From the NCBI GenBank assembly GCA_012295275.1, contig CM022667.1, positions 4,588,001 to 4,652,000 of the forward strand: a stretch of 64,000 nt of DNA. Reading direction: 5' to 3'. The stretch is from Chrysomallon squamiferum. Taxonomy: Eukaryota; Animalia; Mollusca. Shown one piece after another: positions 1 through 12,152 of this stretch. The notes beneath the pieces are model-generated. The model was not told the origin of the DNA and made no database searches. It was given only the letters and a program-made list of their open reading frames with translations. The first letter of the stretch is position 1, and every line of letters begins with the position of its first letter. Both the position numbers and the translations under genes were made by a program.

Positions 1-84
1 AGCATCATCTAATTTACATCACAAACATTGCTAGATTCAGATCTTTATAGGACCAAAGCACTTAAAATCTGATGTGCACATAGG

Positions 85-292
85 TACATATATACATGAA
101 GACATACATACATACATACGTAAGGGAAATATTTATATACACACACATATACATATATACATACATACATACATACATATATACATACATGCATACATAC
201 ATACATGCATACATACATACATACATACACACACACATACATACATACATACATACATACATACATACATACATACATACATACATTCATAC
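85..292. repeat. (TACA)n tetranucleotide microsatellite
   Basis: Long CATA/TACA run; source of the spurious MYVC/YIHT ORFs. Confidence 0.95.
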
Positions 293-423
293 ATAATATC
301 TATGTGAAATATTTACCCTGGTTCACCAGAACCAGTTGCAGTTTTACTCTGTGACAGTGTAGAGAAAACTCTCACATATTCCACTTTCTCCAAAATGTTG
401 ACAACAAGTTCATGTTTTTTCAG

Positions 424-923
424 AATGTCGAGAAGGACAACCTGCTTTTTGACGACGATGTCGTGACTCTTGAACCACTGCAAGGCGAAATCTGGCCCAA
501 CTCCACCTCTGACATCCACATCAAGTTCAGACCCAGACAGCCCCAGCAGTACTCCTGCACCGCCTACTGTGACATCACGGGGAGAGAGAGCAGACTTCCT
601 CTCACTATCCGAGGCACCGGTCAGGGCCCCATAGTGGAAGCTTCCTACCAGACGCTGGAGATGGGCAGCATCTTCATTGGGTCAGTCCACAAGTACGAGA
701 TGACCTTGGCAAACAGAGGCGACCTTGACGCCATTTACAAGCTGCTGCCACGAATGTCGATATTTGGGCCCTGTTTTCAGTTTGTTCCTGCAGAGGGCGT
801 TATAGAGCCTGGAGGGTTTCAGGCAATGTCCATCTCTTTCTACAGTCAGAACCTGGGAGACTTCTCTGAGGAGTTTTCTATACAGATAGACGGAGCACCG
901 GAACCTGTCAAAATCACTTTCAT
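424..923 (+). CDS. HYDIN: HYDIN exon, first visible in window (ASH/Ig-like repeat region)
   Basis: ttttttcag| acceptor and cat|gtgag donor; encodes NVEKDNLLFDDDVVTLEPLQGEIWPNS...GAPEPVKITF. An upstream acceptor at 357 is also in frame. Confidence 0.85.
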
Positions 924-1817
924 GTGAGAGTCTGAAATAGATATACCTATTCTATATCTATATCTATATATATATATATATATAAAATGTCTGTATGTGT
1001 GTGTGTATGTGTTTGTGTGTGTGTTTGTGTGTGTGTATGTATGTATGTTTGTATGCATGTTTGTGTGTGTGTGTGTGTTTGTGTATGTTTATAAGTCTCT
1101 ATCTATATCTATCTATGTATCTGTCTATCTATCCATCTATAATTCTTTTACTGCCAATTTTTTGCTATTGACAATAAAATAGTTAACACATATTCTTATT
1201 AGGAATTAAACATTTATTGGGTTTTTTTTCATAAACGAAAGAGAAAACTGCTGATATCATACTTCATCAGTTAGCTGCAACATAATATATTAGGTATATA
1301 GAACCTTGCTAGAGAGAAAACGTACACACCACACAACATTGTGAAACTGAATGTCATGCTTTGATTGGAAATGTTAACTGCCCAACAAAGAGAAAATAAT
1401 CCTAGTAAAATTATGTAAACAGATACTTTGTCCAAAAGTGCATCCTAAATGTTTGTTTTTTCAGTGGAACAGTTATTGGTCCAACATTCCAGTTCAACCT
1501 GTCAAGTATGGAGTTTGGAACTGTTTCCTTTGGTAATTAGAAAAAATATATGTTTTCTCTCACAGTACAAAATGGTTTTGTTACGTACATCTGTTTTAAC
1601 TGTTATCATAACAGACTTTGTTTCCAACACGGTTTCATTTTTTAAATGTTTTTCTTTAATTAAAATTACATTATTCATAATCTTCATTGGTATTTTTATT
1701 TCATCATCATCATCATCATCATTTAATCAAAACCCCCCAAAATATTGTTAACATATATTTTTACAATTTTTGTTTTCTTTTTTTCTTTTTTTCTTTTTTT
1801 TTTTTTTTTATTATTTT

Positions 1818-1848
<31 letters not shown>

Positions 1849-4800
1849 AAACACATTTTTGCAGGTTTTGTAAACACTCAGAACTGCACATTATTCAACA
1901 CATCGCTGGTTCCCATGAGCTTTCACCTGCGTATTCCATCGGATGGCGACATACCAAGTCTTTGCTGCATGAACAACCTCACTCTGGAAGAAGTGAGACA
2001 GAGTCTGCAGAACACGAAGTCTGTCAAAGAGTTTGAAGTGATCGCTGACTCAGATCAGCTCCAGCCTCTGAGCAAAGTGAAAATACGAGTAAACTTCATT
2101 TCCAACTCGGTCAAAAAGTACGACATTCCCCTCGTTGTTGACATGGACAACATCGGACAAGAAGTGTTGTCTTTAAACATCACAGCAAAGTTAGACTTCA
2201 TTTTGTTAACTGTGTCTGTGTTTTAAAATTTTAATATTTTATGTTAGTTTTAAATTAGTTTTTCAAACAAGTTAATTTCATTTTAATATTTCTGTACATT
2301 TTTTAGAATTTTAATATATTATGTTATTTTTTAAATTATTTTTCAAACAAGTTAATTTCATTTCAATATTTCTGTCTGTGTTTTTGAATTTTAATGTATT
2401 TACCTAATTGTTTGTTTTATTTTTTGTTCATTCAAGTTAATTTCATTTTAGTAGTGCAGTCTCTCTGTCTTTTCATATGTTTGAAAAAAGTTATTATGTA
2501 TAGTCTTTGTAATCAAAAAGAATTTCATTTTAATAAAATTACTTTTTTGTTTAAAAAAAAGTTTTTACCTGTAAATTTATATGGTTGTGCTTTTTTTAAC
2601 AGTATTTAAACACAATACAATGTGAGAATAAAAAAATATTTATTTTAAAAATCTGTTTGTAGATGTATTAAAGTCTATATAACTTTAGAATAAAAAAGTG
2701 TTAAGTGTGCTTATTTAAATATAAAAATATTTATTTATAAAAATCTGTTTGTAGATGTGTTGTGCCAACTATTACGGTACTTACTCCAGTTCTCGACTAT
2801 GGTCGATGTTTTCTGCGTTACCCGCATGAAATGAACATCCAGCTTAGAAATGCGTCTGATTTGCCAGCGAAGTACGAGATGATACGACAAGAAGAACGAA
2901 ACATCGAGAATCCACCTCTCATATATTACACCAGTAAACCAGAAGTAATTACACAACACCTCTAACTTTTCTCTAAATCAGAAACCAATTTATTACTGTT
3001 CTAAACTTTCTTTCATTTATAATATTTCTCTGTTACACTGCTAAATCACAAACCAGTTTATCACTGTTCTAAACTTTCTTTCATTATAACACTTCTCTGT
3101 CAGATTCTAGACATTGGTATTATATTTCTTAACTTTTATAAATCACATTTCTAAACATTCTCTATCAAATTTCTAAACTTTATCACATTTCTAAACAATC
3201 TCTGTCAAAGTTCTAAGCATTCTCTAACAAATATCTAAAAAAATCTCTGTCAAATTTCAGAGCATTCTCTAAAAGTTTTCCTTTACAATTCTAATGTTTC
3301 TCTGTGATATTTTTATCTTTCTCTATTGCATTATCAAGTATCACAGTTTTAAGCATTTTCTATCACAATTCTAAATATCTGTCAGCATATCTGAAAACAG
3401 ACAACACTTTAGCCTGGACCCAGTGAGGAACTGATCCCAGAACCTCTCTGTTCATAATAATGATTACCTAACACACTGTTCACCAAAGCTGGCTTTGTAC
3501 CAAGAACATTTTATTTTGTTTTATTATATTTTTAAATTACTTACTTTTGTTTTGTTTCAGGGAATGTTTTTAATTTTTAATTTATTTTTTAAATTCCTTA
3601 CTTATGTTCTGTTTCAGGGAATCATTGAACCAGAGTGTGATATAGAAATACCTCTGTTTATAGAGGCTCAGGTTTTGGATAAAAATAAAATGACTGTCCT
3701 CATTGACATATTTGGAAAATCTGAACCCCTGGTTAGTAGTAGATGTAATAAAAATGACCTTCAGTATTTACCACTTGCATTATATAGGTCATATATTTTT
3801 TAAATGTGTGGGTTTATGTCTGTGGTGTACTGTTATTTGTTCTTTCATTTTGTATTTCTGTGAGAATTTTGCAAATTTGTGACTAGATCAGAAATACTAA
3901 TATCTTATTTTAAATATAAATGTAAATTAATATATAAATTTGATAAACTAACTGAAATGTAATCTTACTGTATAGTTAATTGTCATATATTGAAGATATA
4001 AATGTTACATTTGTTTTTAGTTTTTTCATTTGACAGTATATCTGTTACAGAATACAACTTGCTATATCTTTTTAGTGTATTACTTGTATTTTTTTAAGAA
4101 AATATCTGTTATATTTTTTCGTGGCATTACTGTTTTATCTTTTCAGAGTGTGACGGTTGTTTTTATTGGGGAGGGGCCGGTTGTGAACTGCCGCCCTACC
4201 AAACTAGACTGGGGTGTGGTCACAGTGCTTCAGGACATAACAAAGAAGATAAGTCTATCAAACGAAGCTCTGATTCCAGCTAGGTTTGAAATTACCCTGG
4301 TACAGTAACCTTCACCTTCCTAACTATTTTTACTGATTAGTTTCTTTCAGTAAGAACCTTTAGAGTGGAGAGGAAACAATATATATATATATAGCAATTA
4401 AATTATAATATTGAAAAATGATCTGAATGAAAACTATCTCTGGAATTTCTGATTTCAGTTCAGTTTTTGTATCTGTTTTTAGTTCTTTATTGCTGTTTTT
4501 TTAATTAGAATTTGTTTCATTCTATTGTAATTTTTTGGTTGTTTATGTTAGTATTTATATCCACTGAGTTGAATAATTCTAATTACTAATTTACTTATAT
4601 GTATACAAATTTTATAAAATGGTGATCCATGTATATATATAGATAAATTCCTAAACGGTAATATTTTTTTTAGATATATAAATGGGAGGGGTATTTGTTT
4701 TTCAAATAATGTGTATGTAAAACAAACTGCCATTTTTTTGTTGAGATTTTAAAAAATTATTATTATTATTATTTAAGAATATTTTAATAAAGTTTTTTTG

Positions 4801-7800
4801 TTTAGTTTAATCCTAACAGCGTGTTTCGTGCTGAACCTTCGGAAGGTGTAATTCCTCCTTTGAAAACTCTGGAAATTTCAGTCATTGCCAACCTTGATGA
4901 CAGCCTCAAGTACATGAAATGTGTTATTTTTAAAATTTAATTAATATGTTTTGCCTTACAACTTTAAAAATATTTTCTTTTTAATTGCATTTTTTCCTAT
5001 TTTATTTCATAATTTAAATAATTAAATTTGCCATTTAATTTTTTAAATATTTTCTTATTAACTGTATTTTTCAAATTATTTTCTTTTTAATTGTATCTTT
5101 TCATAGTAGATTTTATAATTTAATTAAATGCATTTGCTCTCTAATTTCTAAACTATTTATGTTCTTAATTGAATTGAATTTTTTTTTTAAATTTTTTTGT
5201 AATTGTATTTTTCAAAGTAAATTTCATAATCTAATTAAATGAATTTGCTTAATTTTTAAAAATTTTCTTTTTAATTGTATATATTTTTTAATTTTCTTTG
5301 TAACTGTATTTTTTTCAAAGTAGATTTCATAATTTAATTAATTAAATTGGCTCTTTATTTTTAAATTATCTCCTTGCTAAATGTATTTTTTCAAAGTAGA
5401 TTTCATAATTTAATTAAATGATTATTCTCTTTATTCGTATTTTTCAAATTGAGTTACTAATATTTTGAATGGTGTTTTTGAAAGTTTTCAGAACACGCTG
5501 CAGATAGATGTGATAGAGAGCTACTCGCAGACTGTTCCACTCAAAGCTGCTGGTCACGGTTCAACGATTATCTCTGATCCACCTCTAACGTCCAGACTTG
5601 ACCTAGGCTATCACTTCAGGTACAGTGAATAAGTAAAATCTGCAGAAATTATATTTCTATAGCATAACTGAATAATTAAGAATATTCAAATGTTTATTCA
5701 ATAGCAACTGAATAATAAAAAAATATTGAATTTTTTTCATAATAATTGATTATAATTTTCAATTTTTTTTAATTCAAACTGATTGAATAATACTGTTCAC
5801 AAGACTATTCATATTTTTTTATTCAGAGAAATTGAATAATATTCACAATTTGTTATTCGAAGTAACTGAATAATAATAATGTTCACAATTTTTTGTAGTC
5901 AACGTAACTGAATAATAATAATAATATTCACACTATTTTCTATTCAAAGTAATAATAATTGAAAAATAAGAATACTAACACTTCTTTACAGCAATCGTTT
6001 GATCAGAAGGGTGTTCACTTTGACAAACAAAGGCAGAAGACAGCAGTATTTACAGTGGGTCACGGAGGGATTTCAAATCAGTAAACAGAAGAGAAAAATG
6101 CATTCCTTCAACACTCAGGACATTAAAAACAAGGTGCATTATTTTCAGCAAAACATTATTAGCAAAACATCAATTTTAAGCGATTTGCAACACACGTTTA
6201 TGTTGTGCTAAAACTTATTTTAAATTTAGTTTTTAAATATTTTCTTTTTTATTATATAATTTTATATCTTTGTAATATCTTTTATTTTATTTTAAGTTTT
6301 TAAATTATTTTCTTTTAAAGATGCAGTTTCAAATCTTTGTAATAAACCAAAAAAAAAAGAGAAAATAAATAAATATTATATGACCAGGTCAATAAAATAT
6401 AAATCATTATTGATTAAAACTTGAATATAATTAATTATATTTGCCTCAATCTGTGTCTGATGCCTTCAGTTTTGAGTTTTTGTTTTTATTTATTATTAGT
6501 AAAGTAAAAGAGCCAGTAAATATGTATTTGATGTTTTTTAACAAATACGTGACTGAAAAACATTAATAATATTTTTATTGTTTTTATATTTTTAGCATTT
6601 GGATTTTTGCAGACATTTTTAAATATTAGAAAACAGTTTCAGGCAATTGTTTTATTCAGCTGTGCTGTTACTTGATCTGAATGTTGTATTTTTAAATTTA
6701 GAATGTGCCTCCTCCTCCTAAACCAAGTTACCCGATTTTCAACCTTTTGCCCAATCACATGGATTTGCTTCCCGGCCAGTCGACAGAAATGACTCTCGAA
6801 GGAATGGTTGAGAGGTAAATTTATTTTAAGTTTATAAATATATTTTAATTTTCAGTGATTTTTATTTCTTAAACAAACAGTTGATACAGTTCAAATGCAA
6901 GTAAAGTTTAACACATATTTATTTTTTTTAATAAAAGTAAAGTTTAAAAAATTAAGTAAATAAATAAATGAATAAATAAATAAATAAATAAATAAATAAA
7001 CATTCTTGCACTAGAATAGTTTTAATAAAGTTTTATTTGTCAAAATTTGTGTCAGGTTTGTTTTTAAAGGTTTCAGCTTTATTGGGTAACTGATGCTGAA
7101 CATCTCAGTAGATCTCAGTGTGCAGTCTGTTACTGTTACTTCTTTACAGTATTAAATTTCACTGCATTAATCAAATAATATTAGAGGAAAATTTCAAATT
7201 TATTATGTGTATCTGTATGAAAATAATAATAAGAAAATTTTATTATTTATTTTATTACTTTTTTTTTTTAAAGAGTGGTTTCAAAAATTACTCTGAATAT
7301 AATATTTTATTTTTTACTTATCATATTTATTTGAGAATTTTCAGAAAAATAACTATGTACTGAGTTTAGTGAACAAAGATGAGATTTTTTATTGTAATGA
7401 TTTTAATAATTTGTTATTTTCAGTCCTCAGTTCATACATGAGAGACTGCTGTGTTATTCAGTGGTGGGAAAACAAAATGAAAAAGATCTCATTATGAAGA
7501 TAGATCTTCTTGCTAACTGTATCTGTCCTCTTGTAGAGTTTTCTACCAAATGTGTCTACTTCAGAGTCGATATGGTAAATTCTCATTGTTCAAATTTGTG
7601 CTGTTGTTGTTATTATTATTAGTAGTAGTATTAGTATTATTGTATTTATTATTATAGTCATTAGTACAAATTTTGACAAATCTCCTAAAATTTCACAAGA
7701 CACACACACACATTTGCACACACAGAAACACATTAAAAATACTGTGAAAAACATATTCATGAACATACACAGACTTTCATACATACACACAGTATACATT

Positions 7801-10800
7801 ACCTAATAACAGTTCATGTAATAGATGATCCAGATTTCAAGATTTTGTAGAATTTTCTAGACTACAGACTAACTACATACTAATATAAAGAGAGAAAAGT
7901 AAACAACAAAACTGTTTTTACATAAACAAATTACAACACATCTAAATAAAAGAGTTCTAAACACCTGATAAAGGGTCTCATACCTGTTTTGCATATGTAT
8001 GTTTGTAAATATAATGTTAAAAGTTTATTTCCAGTATGGAGGTGAGACTATAGATCTGCTGACAAAAGAATTAACTTTGAGCAATCTGTCCTTCCTGCCT
8101 CTGTCAGCTGAACTCAGTTTACACAAACCTTTTCAGTTCATACTCGAAGATGGAAGTGAGACATCAGAAGTGGTTAGCATGTTAGAGAGTTAAACAGTTA
8201 ACTGAATAAACCCACTTGTAGATTTGTTTGTTTATTAACATAATTTACTAATTTCTATTTCACTACTTATTTTTAGAAGCAACCAATATTCAGTCCCTTT
8301 TTAACAATATATGCCACAATTTTACGTTTAACTAAATATCTGACAATTTATGATAGTGTAAATTTTATTTTTAACTAAATATGTCACAATTTATGAAACA
8401 TAATTTTATTTTTAACTAAATATGTCACAATTTATGAAACATAATTTGATTTTTAACTAAATATGTGATAATTTAAGATAACGTAATTTTGTTTTTAAAA
8501 GATATCACAATTTATGATAAAGTAATATAATAAAAACAAAAAGTAAATTTGTTTTAGGAAGTGGAACTAGATGTTGGCAAATCTGTTTGTCTGAAAATCC
8601 AGTTTGATCATCTGATCTATGGAGAGTTTAATCTTCAAACCATAACAGAACTGTTGTACATTAGATACGCTGAACATCAACATGTTGTAAGTATTTTACT
8701 TACTTCTAACTAGTTTTTAATTATTTATACTTAGTCCTTAATTAATTATTTAATCATGTTGTAAGATTTTTTATTCTTTTTTTTATCAACATATTATAAG
8801 AGTTATACTTATTAAAACTAGTTTAATCAATATGTTGTTGGTGCTTGCTTAGACCTAATTAGTTTTTGATTATTTTGTTTACCGACATTTTTTATTAATA
8901 TTCTTAAATGGAACAGTATCCTTGATATTCTGCTGAACAAAGAAATTTGTCAGCATCAGATTGCATCTTTTGATATAATATTCTGGTTTCTGACTCATGC
9001 ATCAAAACATATACAAATACCTGTCTGCTGCTTGTAGTAGATGATTCCTTCAGAAGGTTAACATTTCCGTGACAATTTCCAGGACAGTGTGACATTGAGA
9101 GGTGAAGTCTATTTTCCAAATATTGAGCTGGAGAAGCAGGTAGTGGATTTTGGCTGCATTATCAATGACACAGAGGTCACTCGCTACGTCAACATGACCA
9201 ACACCAGCCCCATGGTTGTCCACTACAAGTGGTCATTTGTGATTGACAGCGACCACAGTGTTGTGGTTAGTCACCCGCCTGTGAAATCATCACTTGGTGA
9301 GGAGGTGCCGGAGGTTCTGGAGCAAGCCGAGACAGAGACAGACGAACTAGAGTTCACACTGCATAAGTCTGACGAAGTAACTGATTTAAAAAAATTTAAA
9401 AAAATTTAATAATATTTTTTTGTCTTAAGAGAAAACAAATGGTTTCCTGTTTGAATGTAGTGTTTCCTGTTATTTTTGAAAATAGTTTTTCTTTTTTCAG
9501 TATTATATTTTGTTATGTCTGTCCTTTTCTTTTGAATCTGATATGTCCGTCTCTTATCTCTAGATGTCTGCCCCTCTATTTCTCTCTTTCTGTCTCTCTT
9601 AACCTTTCTCTATCTCACTTTTTGCTCTTTCTCTCTCTTAACCTTTCCATTTGTATATTTGTCTCTTTCTCTTTCTTTCTCTCTCCATCACCATCTCCCA
9701 CTACCTCTGTCTATTTCTCATCCTCTCTCTCTCTCAAACTTCTGCTTTCTCTCTCTCTTTTACCTTCTCCATCTGTATGTTTGTCTCTTTCTTTCTCTGT
9801 CAAAATCTCTCTCTTTCTCTGTTACTGACTCTGTCTGTTTGTCTGAGTCTCTCTGTTTGAGAAAGAAGTAAAACTAATGAGGTATGTTATGTGTAGATGT
9901 ATGAAACTCACTCTCAGGAAGTGGAGGAAGATAAGAGAAGAGGAAGTAACCGTGGTGACAATGTGGTGTCATTTCTTCAGGACATTGGTTCTCATAGCAA
10001 CAACAGGGAGATAACTTCTGTTGACATGGAGAAGGTAACTCTGTTGGCTTTTCTTACTATTGAATTTCTCATAGAAGGTAATTCTCTTGTCTTTTCTTAC
10101 TAATGTATAATATGGGCTTAATGCAGTGAATATTATTTAATATGTCCAAATTATAAAATATATTGCGAAAAGCACTAGGTTACTATAATAAGTAATAACA
10201 ATTACTTACAGTATTTCATGTATATTTTTAAAGGCAAAGAAAACATTTCACTAAGACATATTTGAATATTTTGTTCTATGACTTATGGTCTGAATGCAGT
10301 GTTAACAATGGTTGTTTAAAAATGTAATGTTCAGGGTCAGCTGGATGTCGAACAGGAGACAACAACAAAGGATGACACGACGGAGGAGACCTTGGAGGAG
10401 GAGCAGGAGGAGGAGGAGGATCTGGTGTATGATGAGATGATGGAATGGAATCTGATACAGCTGAGTGCAGAAGAGGAGGCACTGAAGTCTAACAAAGTTT
10501 TGTCTTCTCTTTTAGAGAACAGACGACAGAGAGCCACTCCCATTGGCATCGAGCAGGTTTGACTCTGTTTACACTCAGCAGAAAAACAAATGTCATGTTG
10601 AAATCATTACTATTTCTTTTAATATAATCAAAAACCACTGTGCATATGAACCATGCTATAACTTCAACTGCATGTGTGTAATGTTGCCATATGTGATTTA
10701 CGTTCTGTAGCCAGTTATTGCATATTTGACTTGAGTGCTGCACACCTTTGAGAAACCGGAGATCAAAGAGTGTACACAATTTTGGATCACAAAATGACCA

Positions 10801-12121
10801 TCTTGGAGCATGTTGCTGGACACAGTGTCTGGGATGTTGCCAGATGTTTCAGTATAATCAAAGTCACCATACAGAGACTGTACAGTCATTTGCAGGCCAC
10901 TGGATTCACCAGGGTCAGTTGACAGAATGCAGCAGATGAGTTATTTGTCTGCACATGGCTGGTATATCAAAACAACTACTTTCCAGATCATCTTGTCACA
11001 CCTCAGTCCACTCAAACACTTGCAGGGTGATCTAGAAAGATAAATACATCTGGAGCAGACTGATTGAGCAGTAGTGTAGAAAATACACACAGAGTTTGTG
11101 AACAGGACATTTCATTACATAAGACACTGATGTCAAGTCTACATTAATTTATACAAGAGCAAAGTAGACATCCTATTCTTCTGCTGGAGCAGTCATAAAG
11201 ACGAAGATGTTCAGTCTCTGCTGTGTTTAATTGTTGACATGTGGAAATTATTCACATTAATAATCTAATGCATTATTTCTAAAATTCTTTTTAATATAGT
11301 TGAAAATGATTATACTTGTACATTTTATTAACAATAACAAAAAAAATATATAAAACAGGATAAAACATGCATTTTCTTTTGTTCCTTACTCTTGTCTTGA
11401 TCACTTATGTATATTTTCTAAGTTGAGGTGTTTGTTAGAACTTACATCATTTGGGATTTTCTTACTTGATTCTTCTGCTGTTGTGTGTTTTGTGTGTAGG
11501 TGTTTAATAAAACTTACATAATCTATTTTTACTTACTTGATTCTTCTACTGCTGTATGTTTTGTGTGTGTAAGTGTTTAATAAAACTTATGTGATCTATT
11601 TTTTACTTACTTGATTATTCTACTGTGTATATTTTTTGTGTATAGATGTTTGACATAATCTATTTTTACTTACTTGATTATTCTACTGTGTATGTTTTGT
11701 GTGTAGGTGTTTGACATCATGCCACTGTATGGGGTGCTGGAACCTGAACAGAATGATCAGCTCACTCTGACGTTCTTCGGACACACTGACATACGTGCGG
11801 AGGTGAAGTGTGTGTGTAAAATCGAGGGTGGACCCACCTACGAGCTGAGAATGAAAGGAGAAGCTTCGTCCATTGAGTACAGCTTCAATATAAAACAAAT
11901 CAACTTCGGTCAACAGGTGCCATAGTGTGTTTTCATGTGTCTTTGTGTGTTTGTGTATATATGTATGTGTGTATGTGTGTGTGTGTGTGTATGTATATGT
12001 GTATGTATGTTTGTGTATATATGTATATGCATATGTGCATGTGAATGTATATGTGTATACATGTATATATATGTCCATGTGTATGTGTGTGTATATGTGT
12101 TTGTATATGTGTATACATGTG

Positions 12122-12152
<31 letters not shown>

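Noticed and set aside
45-307. ORFs with MYVC/YIHT repeats, and similar ORFs at 11927-12160, 23597-23854, 27113-27490, 39349-39715, 43585-43929, 53288-53584 and 58174-58365
   Set aside because: Translations of TACA, TG/CA, TAT and AAT microsatellites in introns or intergenic DNA; no coding signal.
2960-3380. Degenerate TTCTCT..CA.ATTTCTAAAC repeat filling an intron (similar decayed repeats at 5000-5450, 5640-5960 and 8320-8530)
   Set aside because: Old local minisatellites with no clear link to a junction; they do show that background tandem duplication is common, which is the null model for the junction-echo finding.
3405-3495. Possible tRNA-like sequence on the - strand
   Set aside because: Only vague A/B-box similarity and no cloverleaf; at most a decayed SINE head.
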